Below are positions 1 through 13,000 of a DNA stretch of 36,967 nucleotides, piece by piece. The notes under the pieces were generated by a model that was given only the letters and a program-made list of their open reading frames with translations, searched no databases and had not been told where the DNA came from. Where the stretch lies: contig NEEC01000404.1 of the NCBI GenBank assembly GCA_002189035.1, positions 1 to 36,967 of the forward strand. Reading direction: 5' to 3'. This stretch comes from Utricularia gibba (taxonomy: Eukaryota; Plantae; Magnoliophyta). How positions within the stretch are numbered: position 1 is the first letter of the stretch; each line of letters opens with the position of its first letter. The translations under genes were made by a program, and so were the position numbers.

Positions 1-3000
1 ACATCCTGGTCCGAAGCACCTCTCGCATAACATGCAGATCCTTGCTCTTCATAGCACACTGTTGGGAAGCCTATTCGAGCTCCAAGTATTATAATTTGGA
101 GTTACGTTTGTCCGATAACTGGACATATTAAAAACAAGCCACAACGAAAAGTGTCTCACGTGGCATTCCGTGGTGACTGCTTTTTAATAATGTGCTTCAT
201 GTTCTCGAAATTGATGAACAACATACAAGGCAAAAGAATCAAATAGCCACTAGAGACATGGTATAGGGAATGGTGCATCAAGAATCAGAAGTATCATAGC
301 AACTAAATGCATCAATCAACAGCCAAAACATATGGTGTCAGACTTCATCTACTATGCGATCAAGTTGGAAAAAAGTCACATGCTACATCATGAATTTCGT
401 GGCATCACTTATCCCAACTGTTATATAATCTGGATATGCGTAAATATTTATTTTTAATGAATCCGGTGCACGTGTGATTTTTAGGATGCACCCCGAATGA
501 TGATGCGCAATGAAATGACTATGTCGCACATCCTGGTCCGCGAAGCACCTCTTGCATAACATGCAGATCCTTGCTCTTCATAGCACACTGTTGGGAAGCC
601 CTATTCGAGCTCCAAGTATTATAATTTGGAGTTACGTTTGTCCGATAACTGTGGACATATTAAAACAAGCCACAACGAAAAGTGTCTCACGTGGCATTCC
701 GTGGTGACTGCTTTTAATAATGTGCTTCATGTTCTCGAAATTGATGCGAACAACATACAAGGAAAAAAGAATCAAATAGCCCTAGAGACATGGTATACGG
801 GAATGGTGCATCAAGAATCAGAAGTATCATAGCAACTAAATGCATCAATCAAAAGCCAAAACATATGGTGTCAGACTTCATCTACTATGCGATCAAGTTG
901 GAAAAAAGTCACATGCTACATCATGAATTTCGTGGCATCACTTATCCCAACACTGTTATATAATCTGGATATGCGTAAATATTTATTTTTAATGAATCCG
1001 GTGCACGTGTGATTTTTAGGTGCACCCCGAATGATGATGCGCAATGAAATGACTATCGCACATCCTAATCCGCGAAGCACCTCTTGCATAACATGCAGAT
1101 CCTTGCTCTTCATAGCACACTGTTGGGAAGCCTATTCGAGCTCCAAGTATTATAATTTGGAGTTACGTTTGTCCGATAACTCTGGACATATTAAAAACAA
1201 GCCACAACGAAAAGTGTCTCACGTGGCATTCCGTGGTGACTGCTTTTAATAATGTGCTTCATGTTCTCGAAATTGATGCGAACAACATACAAGAAAAAGA
1301 ATCAAATAGCCTAGAGATGGTATACGGGAATGGTGCATCAAGAATCAGAAGTATCATAGCAACTAAATGCATCAATCAACAGCCAAAACATATGGTGTCA
1401 GACTTCATCTACTATGCGATCAAGTTGGAAAAAAGTCACATGCTACATCATGAATTTCGTGGCATCACTTATCCAACACTGTTATATATCTGGATATGCG
1501 TAAATATTATTTTTTAATGAATCCGGTGCACGTGTGATTTTTAGGATGCACCCGAATGATGATGCGCAATGAAATGACTACGTCGCACATCCTAATCCGC
1601 GAAGCACCTCTTGCATAACATGCAGATCCTTGCTCTTCATAGCACACTGTTGGGAAGCCCTATTCGAGCTCCAAGTATTATAATTTGGAGTTACGTTTGT
1701 CCGATAACTGTGGACATATTAAAAAAAGCCACAACGAAAAGTGTCTCACGTGGCATTCGTGGTGACTGCTTTTAATAATGTGCTTCATGTTCTCGAAATT
1801 GATGCGAACAACATACAAAAAGAATCAAATAGCCCTAGAGACATGGTATACGGGAATGGTGCATCAAGAATCAGAAGTATCATAGCAACTAAATGCATCA
1901 ATCAAAGCCAAAACATATGGTGTCAGACTTCATCTACTATGCGATCAAGTTGGAAAAAAGTCACATGCTACATCATGAATTTCGTGGCATCACTTATCCC
2001 AACACTGTTATATAATCTGGATATGCGTAGATATTTATTTTTAATGAATCCGGTGCACGTGTGATTTTTAGGATGCACCCCGAATGATGATGCGCAATGA
2101 ATGACTATGTCGCACATCCTGGTCCGCGAAGCACCTCTTGCATAACATGCAGATCCTTGCTCTTCATAGCACACTGTTGGGAAGCCCTATTCGAGCTCCA
2201 AGTATTATAATTTGGAGTTACGTTTGTCCGATAACTGTGGACATATTAAAAACAAGCCACAACGAAAAGTGTCTCACGTGGCATTCCGTGGTGACTGCTT
2301 TTAATAATGTGCTTCATGTTCTCGAAATTGATGCGAACAACATACAAGTCAAAAGAATCAAATAGCCCTAGAGACATGGTATACGGGAATGGTGCATCAA
2401 GAATCAGAAGTATCATAGCAACTAAATGCATCAATCAAAAGCCAAAACATATGGTGTCAGACTTCATCTACTATGCGATCAAGTTGGAAAAAAGTCACAT
2501 GCTACATCATGAATTTCGTGGCATCACTTATCCCAACACTGTTATATAATCTGGATATGCGTAAATATTTATTTTTAATGAATCCGGTGCACGTGTGATT
2601 TTTAGTGCACCCGGAATGATGATGCGCAATGAAATGACTATGTCGCACATCCTGGTCCGCGAAGCACCTCTCGCATAACATGCAGATCCTTGCTCTTCAT
2701 AGCACACTGTTGGGAAGCCCTATTCGAGCTCCAAGTATTATAATTTGGAGTTACGTTTGTCCGATAACTGGACATATTAAAAAAGCCCAACGAAAAGTGT
2801 CTCACGTGGCATTCCGTGGTGATGCTTTAATAATGTGCTTCATGTTCTCGAAATTGATGCGAAACAACATACAAGTCAAAAGAATCAAATAGCCACTAGA
2901 GACATGGTATACGGGAATGGTGCATCAAGAATCAGAAGTATCATAGCAACTAAATGCATCAATCAAGCCAAAACATATGGTGTCAGACTTCATCTACTAT

Positions 3001-6000
3001 GCGATCAAGTTGGAAAAAAGTCACATGCTACATCATGAATTTCGTGGCATCACTTATCCAAACTGTTTATAATCTGGATATGCGTAATATTTATTTTTAA
3101 TGAATCCGGTGCACGTGTGATTTTTAGGATGCACCCCGAATGATGATGCGCAATGAAATGACTACGTCGCACATCCTAATCGCGAAGCACCTCTTGCATA
3201 ACATGCAGATCCTTGCTCTTCATAGCACACTGTTGGGAAGCCCTATTCGAGCTCCAAGTATTATAATTTGGAGTTACGTTTGTCCGATAACTGTGGACAT
3301 ATTAAAACAAGCCACAACGAAAAGTGTCTCACGTGGCATTCCGTGGTGACTGCTTTTAATAATGTGCTTCATGTTCTCGAAATTGATGCGAACAACATAC
3401 AAGTCAAAAGAATCAAATAGCCCTAGAGACATGGTATAGGAATGGTGCATCAAGAATCAGAAGTATCATAGCAACTAAATGCATCAATCAAAAGCCAAAA
3501 CATATGGTGTCAGACTTCATCTACTATGCGATCAAGTTGGAAAAAAGTCACATGCTACATCATGAATTTCGTGGCATCACTTATCCCAACACTGTTATAT
3601 AATCTGGATATGCGTAATATTATTTTTAATGAATCCGGTGCACGTGTGATTTTTAGGATGCACCCCGAATGATGATGCGCAATGAATGACTACGTCGCAC
3701 ATCCTAATCCGCGAAGCACCTCTTGCATAACATGCAGATCCTTGCTCTTCATAGCACACTGTTGGGAAGCCCTATTCGAGCTCCAAGTATTATAATTTGG
3801 AGTTACGTTTGTCCGATAACTGTGGACATATTAAAACAGCCACAACGAAAAGTGTCTCACGTGGCATTCCGTGGTGACTGCTTTTAATAATGTGCTTCAT
3901 GTTCTCGAAATTGATGCGAACAACATACAAGGAAAAAAGAATCAAATAGCCCTAGAGACATGGTATACGGGAATGGTGCATCAAGAATCAGAAGTATCAT
4001 AGCAACTAAATGCATCAATCAAAAGCCAAAACATATGGTGTCAGACTTCATCTACTATGCGATCAAGTTGGAAAAAAGTCACATGCTACATCATGAATTT
4101 CGTGGCATCACTTATCCCAACACTGTTATATAATCTGGATATGCGTAAATATTTATTTTTAATGAATCCGGTGCACGTGTGATTTTTAGGATGCACCCCG
4201 AATGATGATGCGCAATGAAATGACTACGTCGCACATCCTAATCCGCGAAGCACCTCTTGCATAACATGCAGATCCTTGCTCTTCATAGCACACTGTTGGG
4301 AAGCCCTATTCGAGCTCCAAGTATTATAATTTGGAGTTACGTTTGTCCGATAACTGTGGACATATTAAAAACAAGCCACAACGAAAAGTGTCTCACGTGG
4401 CATTCCGGGTGACTGCTTTTAATAATGTGCTTCATGTTCTCGAAATTGATGCGAACAACATACAAGGAAAAGAATCAAATAGCCTAGAGACATGGTATAC
4501 GGGAATGGTGCATCAAGAATCAGAAGTATCATAGCAACTAAATGCATCAATCAAAAGCCAAAACATATGGTGTCAGACTTCATCTACTATGCGATCAAGT
4601 TGGAAAAAAGTCACATGCTACATCATGAATTTCGTGGCATCACTTATCCCAACACTGTTATATAATCTGGATATGCGTAAATATTTATTTTTAAATCCGG
4701 TGCACGTGTGATTTTTAGGCTGCACCCGAATGATGATGCGCAATGAAATGACTATGTCGCACATCCTGGTCCGCGAAGCACCTCTCGCATAACATGCAGA
4801 TCCTTGCTCTTCATAGCACACTGTTGGGAAGCCCTATTCGAGCTCCAAGTATTATAATTTGGAGTTACGTTTGTCCGATAACTCTGGACATATTAAAAAC
4901 AAGCCACAACGAAAAGTGTCTCACGTGCATTCCGTGGTGACTGCTTTTAATAATGTGCTTCATGTTCTCGAAATTGATGCGAACAACATACAAGTCAAAA
5001 GAATCAAATAGCCACTAGAGACATGGTATACGGGAATGGTGCATCAAGAATCAGAAGTATCATAGCAACTAAATGCATCAATCAACAGCCAAAACATATG
5101 GTGTCAGACTTCATCTACTATGCGATCAAGTTGGAAAAAAGTCACATGCTACATCATGAATTTCGTGGCATCACTTATCCAACACTGTTATATAATCTGG
5201 ATATGCGTAATATTTATTTTTAATGAATCCGGTGCACGTGTGATTTTTAGCTGCACCCCGAATGATGATGCGCAATGAAATGACTATGTCACATCCTGGT
5301 CCGCGAAGCACCTCTTGCATAACATGCAGATCCTTGCTCTTCATAGCACACTGTTGGGAAGCCCTATTCGAGCTCCAAGTATTATAATTTGGAGTTACGT
5401 TTGTCCGATAACTGTGGACATATTAAAAAAGCCACAACGAAAAGTGTCTCACGTGGCATTCCGTGGTGACTGCTTTTAATAATGTGCTTCATGTTCTCGA
5501 AATTGATGCGAACAACATACAAGAAAAAGAATCAAATAGCCACTAGAGACATGGTATACGGGAATGGTGCATCAAGAATCAGAAGTATCATAGCAACTAA
5601 ATGCATCAATCAAAAGCCAAAACATATGGTGTCAGACTTCATCTACTATGCGATCAAGTTGGAAAAAAGTCACATGCTACATCATGAATTTCGTGGCATC
5701 ACTTATCCCAACACTGTTATATAATCTGGATATGCGTAAATATTTATTTTTAATGAATCCGGTGCACGTGTGATTTTTAGGCTGCACCCCGAATGATGAT
5801 GCGCAATGAAATGACTACGTCGCACATCCTAATCCGCGAAGCACCTCTTGCATAACATGCAGATCCTTGCTCTTCATAGCACACTGTTGGGAAGCCCTAT
5901 TCGAGCTCCAAGTATTATAATTTGGAGTTACGTTTGTCCGATAACTGTGGACATATTAAAAACAAGCCACAACGAAAAGTGTCTCACGTGGCATTCCGTG

Positions 6001-9000
6001 GTGACTGCTTTTAATAATGTGCTTCATGTTCTCGAAATTGATGGAAACAACATACAAGGAAAAGAATCAAATAGCCCTAGAGACATGGTATACGGGAATG
6101 GTGCATCAAGAATCAGAAGTATCATAGCAACTAAATGCATCAATCAAAAGCCAAAACATATGGTGTCAGACTTCATCTACTATGCGATCAAGTTGGAAAA
6201 AAGTCACATGCTACATCATGAATTTCGTGGCATCACTTATCCCAACACTGTTATATAATCTGGATATGCGTAATATTTATTTTTAATGAATCCGGTGCAC
6301 GTGTGATTTTTAGGCTGCACCCGAATGATGATGCGCAATGAATGACTATGTCGCACATCCTAATCCGCGAAGCACCTCTTGCATAACATGCAGATCCTTG
6401 CTCTTCATAGCACACTGTTGGGAAGCCCTATTCGAGCTCCAAGTATTATAATTTGGAGTTACGTTTGTCCGATAACTGTGGACATATTAAAAACAAGCCA
6501 CAACGAAAAGTGTCTCACGTGGCATTCCGTGGTGACTGCTTTTAATAATGTGCTTCATGTTCTCGAAATTGATGCGAACAACATACAAGGAAAAAGAATC
6601 AAATAGCCCTAGAGACATGGTATACGGGAATGGTGCATCAAGAATCAGAAGTATCATAGCAACTAAATGCATCAATCAAAAGCCAAAACATATGGTGTCA
6701 GACTTCATCTACTATGCGATCAAGTTGGAAAAAAGTCACATGCTACATCATGAATTTCGTGGCATCACTTATCCCAACACTGTTATAAATCTGGATATGC
6801 GTAAATATTTATTTTTAATGAATCCGGTGCACGTGTGATTTTTAGGATGCACCCCGAATGATGATGCGCAATGAAATGCGACATCCTAATCCGCGAAGCA
6901 CTCGCATAACATGCAGATCCTTGCTCTTCATAGCACACTGTTGGGAAGCCCTATTCGAGCTCCAAGTATTATAATTTGGAGTTACGTTTGTCCGATAACT
7001 CTGGACATATTAAAAAGCCACAACGAAAAGTGTCTCACGTGGCATTCCGGGTGACTGCTTTTAATAATGTGCTTCATGTTCTCGAAATTGATGCGAACAA
7101 CATACAAGGAAAAAGAATCAAATAGCCCTAGAGACATGGTATACGGAATGGTGCATCAAGAATCAGAAGTATCATAGCAACTAAATGCATCAATCAAAAG
7201 CCAAAACATATGGTGTCAGACTTCATCTACTATGCGATCAAGTTGGAAAAAGTCACATGCTACATAATGAATTTCGTGGCATCACTTATCCCAACACTGT
7301 TATATAATCTGGATATGCGTAAATATTTATTTTTAATGAATCCGGTGCACGTGTGATTTTTAGGCTGCACCCCGAATGATGATGCGCAATGAAGCGACTA
7401 TGTCGCACATCCTGGTCCGCGAAGCACCTCTCGCATAACATGCAGATCCTTGCTCTTCATAGCACACTGTTGGGAAGCCCTATTCGAGCTCCAAGTATTA
7501 TATTTGGAGTTACGTTTGTCCGATAACTGGACATATTAAAAACAAGCCACAACGAAAAGTGTCTCACGTGGCATTCCGTGGTGACTGCTTTTAATAATGT
7601 GCTTCATGTTCTCGAAATTGATGCGAACAACATACAAGTCAAAAGAATCAAATAGCCACTAGAGACATGGTATACGGGAATGGTGCATCAAGAATCAGAA
7701 GTATCTAGCAACTAAATGCATCAATCAACAGCCAAAACATATGGTGTCAGACTTCATCTACTATGCGATCAAGTTGGAAAAAAGTCACATGCTACATCAT
7801 GAATTTCGTGGCATCACTTATCCAACACTGTTATATAATCTGGATATGCGTAATATTTATTTTTAATGAATCCGGTGCACGTGTGATTTTTAGCTGCACC
7901 CCGAATGATGATGCGCAATGAAATGACTATGTCGCACATCCTGGTCCGCGAAGCACCTCTCGCATAACATGCAGATCCTTGCTCTTCATAGCACACTGTT
8001 GGGAAGCCCTATTCGAGCTCCAAGTATTATAATTTGGAGTTACGTTTGTCCGATAACTCTGGACATATTAAAAACAAGCCACAACGAAAAGTGTCTCACG
8101 TGGCATTCCGTGGTGACTGCTTTTAATAATGTGCTTCATGTTCTCGAAATTGATGCGAACAACATACAAAAAAAGAATCAAATAGCCCCTAGAGACATGG
8201 TATACGGGAATGGTGCATCAAGAATCAGAAGTATCATAGCAACTAAATGCATCAATCAAAAGCCAAAACATATGGTGTCAGACTTCATCTACTATGCGAT
8301 CAAGTTGGAAAAAAGTCACATGCTACATCATGAATTTCGTGGCATCACTTATCCCAACACTGTTATATAATCTGGATATGCGTAATATTTATTTTTAATG
8401 AATCCGGTGCACGTGTGATTTTTAGCTGCACCCGAATGATGATGCGCAATGAAATGACTATGTCGCACATCCTGGTCCGCGAAGCACCTCTCGCATAACA
8501 TGCAGATCCTTGCTCTTCATAGCACACTGTTGGGAAGCCCTATTCGAGCTCCAAGTATTATAATTTGGAGTTACGTTTGTCCGATAACTGTGGACATATT
8601 AAAAAGGCCACAACGAAAAGTGTCTCACGTGGCATTCCGTGGTGACTGCTTTTAATAATGTGCTTCATGTTCTCGAAATTGATGCGAACAACATACAAGT
8701 CAAAAGAATCAAATAGCCCTAGAGACATGGTATACGGGAATGGTGCATCAAGAATCAGAAGTATCATAGCAACTAAATGCATCAATCAAAGCCAAAACAT
8801 ATGGTGTCAGACTTCATCTACTATGCGATCAAGTTGGAAAAAAGTCACATGCTACATCATGAATTTCGTGGCATCACTTATCCCAACACTGTTATATAAT
8901 CTGGATATGCGTAATATTTATTTTTAATGAATCCGGTGCACGTGTGATTTTTAGGCTGCACCCCGAATGATGATGCGCAATGAAATGACTATGTCGCACA

Positions 9001-10056
9001 TCCTCCGCGAAGCACCTCTCGCATAACATGCAGATCCTTGCTCTTCATAGCACACTGTTGGGAAGCCCTATTCGAGCTCCAAGTATTATAATTTGGAGTT
9101 ACGTTTGTCCGATAACTGTGGACATATTAAAAAAGCCACAACGAAAAGTGTCTCACGTGGCATTCCGTGGTGACTGCTTTTAATAATGTGCTTCATGTTC
9201 TCGAAATTGATGCGAACAACATACAAGGCAAAAGAATCAAATAGCCCCTAGAGACATGGTATACGGGAATGGTGCATCAAGAATCAGAAGTATCATAGCA
9301 ACTAAATGCATCAATCAAAAGCAAAACATATGGTGTCAGACTTCATCTACTATGCGATCAAGTTGGAAAAAAGTCACATGCTACATCATGAATTTCGTGG
9401 CATCACTTATCCCAACACTGTTATATAATCTGGATATGCGTAAATATTTATTTTTAATGAATCCGGTGCACGTGTGATTTTTAGGATGCACCCCGAATGA
9501 TGATGCGCAATGAAATGACTACGTCGCACATCCTAATCCGCGAAGCACCTCTTGCATAACATGCAGATCCTTGCTCTTCATAGCACACTGTTGGGAAGCC
9601 CTATTCGAGCTCCAAGTATTATAATTTGGAGTTACGTTTGTCCGATAACTGGACATATTAAAACAAGCCACAACGAAAAGTGTCTCACGTGGCATTCCGT
9701 GGTGACTGCTTTTAATAATGTGCTTCATGTTCTCGAAATTGATGCGAACAACATACAAGGAAAAAGAATCAAATAGCCCCTAGAGACATGGTATACGGGA
9801 ATGGTGCATCAAGAATCAGAAGTATCATAGCAACTAAATGCATCAATCAAAGCCAAAACATATGGTGTCAGACTTCATCTACTATGCGATCAAGTTGGAA
9901 AAAAGTCACATGCTACATCATGAATTTCGTGGCATCACTTATCCCAACTGTTATATAATCTGGATATGCGTAAATATTTATTTTTAATGAATCCGGTGCA
10001 CGTGTGATTTTTAGGCTGCACCCCGAATGATGATGCGCAATGAATGACTATGTCGC
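1..10056. repeat. Proximal sub-block of left block (mixed CCTAAT/CTTGC/GGATGC/CTACG and CCTGGT/CTCGC monomers)
   Basis: CCTAATCCGC, CCTCTTGC and TAGGATGC alleles are common up to ~9540 and then disappear until 20624-20660. ATAACTCTGG is seen only here. The boundary is approximate. Confidence 0.65.
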
Positions 10057-13000
10057 ACATCCTGGTCCGCGAAGCACCTCTCGCATAACATGCAGATCCT
10101 TGCTCTTCATAGCACACTGTTGGGAAGCCCTATTCGAGCTCCAAGTATTATAATTTGGAGTTACGTTTGTCCGATAACTGTGGACATATTAAAAAAGCCA
10201 CAACGAAAAGTGTCTCACGTGGCATTCCGTGGTGACTGCTTTAATAATGTGCTTCATGTTCTCGAAATTGATGCGAAAACATACAAGTCAAAAGAATCAA
10301 ATAGCCACTAGAGACATGGTATACGGGAATGGTGCATCAAGAATCAGAAGTATCATAGCAACTAAATGCATCAATCAACAGCCAAAACATATGGTGTCAG
10401 ACTTCATCTACTATGCGATCAAGTTGGAAAAAAGTCACATGCTACATATGAATTTCGTGGCATCACTTATCCCAACACTGTTATATAATCTGGATATGCG
10501 TAATATTTATTTTTAATGAATCCGGTGCACGTGTGATTTTTAGGCTGCACCCGAATGATGATGCGCAATGAATGACTATGTCGCACATCCTGGTCCGCGA
10601 AGCACCTCTCGCATAACATGCAGATCCTTGCTCTTCATAGCACACTGTTGGGAAGCCCTATTCGAGCTCCAAGTATTATAATTTGGAGTTACGTTTGTCC
10701 GATAACTGTGGACATATTAAAAAAAGCCACAACGAAAAGTGTCTCACGTGGCATTCCGTGGTGACTGCATTTAATAATGTGCTTCATGTTCTCGAAATTG
10801 ATGCGAACAACATACAAGGCAAAAGAATCAAATAGCCCTAGAGACATGGTACGGGAATGGTGCATCAAGAATCAGAAGTATCATAGCAACTAAATGCATC
10901 AATCAAAAGCCAAAACATATGGTGTCAGACTTCATCTACTATGCGATCAAGTTGGAAAAAAGTCACATGCTACATCATGAATTTCGTGGCATCACTTATC
11001 CAACACTGTTATATAATCTGGATATGCGTAAATATTTATTTTTAATGAATCCGGTGCACGTGTGATTTTTAGGCTGCACCCCGAATGATGATGCGCAATG
11101 AAATGACTATGTCGCACATCCTGGTCCGCGAAGCACCTCTCGCATAACATGCAGATCCTTGCTCTTCATAGCACACTGTTGGGAAGCCCTATTCGAGCTC
11201 CAAGTATTATAATTTGGAGTTACGTTTGTCCGATAACTGTGGACATATTAAAAGGGCCACAACGAAAAGTGTCTCACGTGGCATTCCGTGGTGACTGCTT
11301 TAATAATGTGCTTCATGTTCTCGAAATTGATGCGAAAAACATACAAGTCAAAAGAATCAAATAGCCCTAGAGACATGGTATACGGGAATGGTGCATCAAG
11401 AATCAGAAGTATCATAGCAACTAAATGCATCAATCAAAGCCAAAACATATGGTGTCAGACTTCATCTACTATGCGATCAAGTTGGAAAAAAAGTCACATG
11501 CTACATCATGAATTTCGTGGCATCACTTATCCCAACACTGTTATATAATCTGGATATGCGTAAATATTTATTTTTAATGAATCCGGTGCACGTGTGATTT
11601 TTAGGCTGCACCCGAATGATGATGCGCAATGAAGCGACTATGTCGCACATCCTGGTCCGCGAAGCACCTCTCGCATAACATGCAGATCCTTGCTCTTCAT
11701 AGCACACTGTTGGGAAGCCCTATTCGAGCTCCAAGTATTATAATTTGGAGTTACGTTTGTCCGATAACTGTGGACATATTAAAAACAAGCCACAACGAAA
11801 AGTGTCTCACGTGGCATTCCGTGGTGACTGCTTTTAATAATGTGCTTCATGTTCTCGAAATTGATGCGAACAACATACAAGGAAAAAGAATCAAATAGCC
11901 CTAGAGACATGGTATACGGGAATGGTGCATCAAGAATGAAGTATCATAGCAACTAAATGCATCAATCAAAAGCCAAAACATATGGTGTCAGACTTCATCT
12001 ACTATGCGATCAAGTTGGAAAAAAGTCACATGCTACATCATGAATTTCGTGGCATCACTTATCCAACACTGTTATATAATCTGGATATGCGTAAATATTT
12101 ATTTTTAATGAATCCGGTGCACGTGTGATTTTTAGGCTGCACCCCGAATGATGATGCGCAATGAAATGACTATGCGCACATCCTGGTCCGCGAAGCACCT
12201 CTCGCATAACATGCAGATCCTTGCTCTTCATAGCACACTGTTGGGAAGCCCTATTCGAGCTCCAAGTATTATAATTTGGAGTTACGTTTGTCCGATAACT
12301 GTGGACATATTAAAAAAGGGCCACAACGAAAAGTGTCTCACGTGGCATTCCGTGGTGACTGCTTTAATAATGTGCTTCATGTTCTCGAAATTGATGAACA
12401 ACATACAAGTCAAAAGAATCAAATAGCCTAGAGACATGGTATACGGGAATGGTGCATCAAGAATCAGAAGTATCATAGCAACTAAATGCATCAATCAAAA
12501 GCCAAAACATATGGTGTCAGACTTCATCTACTATGCGATCAAGTTGGAAAAAAGTCACATGCTACATCATGAATTTCGTGGCATCACTTATCCAACACTG
12601 TTATATAATCTGGATATGCGTAAATATTTATTTTTAATGAATCCGGTGCACGTGTGATTTTTAGGCTGCACCCCGAATGATGATGCGCAATGAAATGACT
12701 ATGCGCACATCCTGGTCCGCGAAGCACCTCTCGCATAACATGCAGATCCTTGCTCTTCATAGCACACTGTTGGGAAGCCCTATTCGAGCTCCAAGTATTA
12801 TAATTTGGAGTTACGTTTGTCCGATAACTGTGGACATATTAAAAAAGGCCACAACGAAAAGTGTCTCACGTGGCATTCCGTGGTGACTGCATTTAATAAT
12901 GTGCTTCATGTTCTCGAAATTGATGAAACAACATACAAGGAAAAGAATCAAATAGCCCTAGAGACATGGTATACGGGAATGGTGCATCAAGAATCAGAAG

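Noticed and set aside
354-604. 5S rDNA or other RNA-gene tandem unit (fragments ATGCGATCA, GGATGCACC, TGGGAAGCCCT resemble plant 5S rRNA; AATTTGG resembles an Sm site)
   Set aside because: The matches are 7-11 bp and spread over ~250 bp, incompatible with a 120-nt 5S gene; no internal control region, tRNA cloverleaf or known spliced-leader exon seen. An Infernal/Rfam scan would be decisive.
1968-2434. Minus-strand ORFs (MCYEEQG..., MMHLVAM..., MELEKGF...)
   Set aside because: 60-79 aa, present or absent according to single-base indels, no recognisable product.
5848-6258. 136-aa ORF (and the 133-aa ORF at 7969-8370) fusing the two short ORFs
   Set aside because: The fusions depend on copy-specific indels in the A-run and C-run around CAAGG(C/A)AAAAG...GCC(A/C)CTAG, and the two fusions use different paths. 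The 536-bp consensus has a stop (AAATAG). No evidence for programmed frameshifting.
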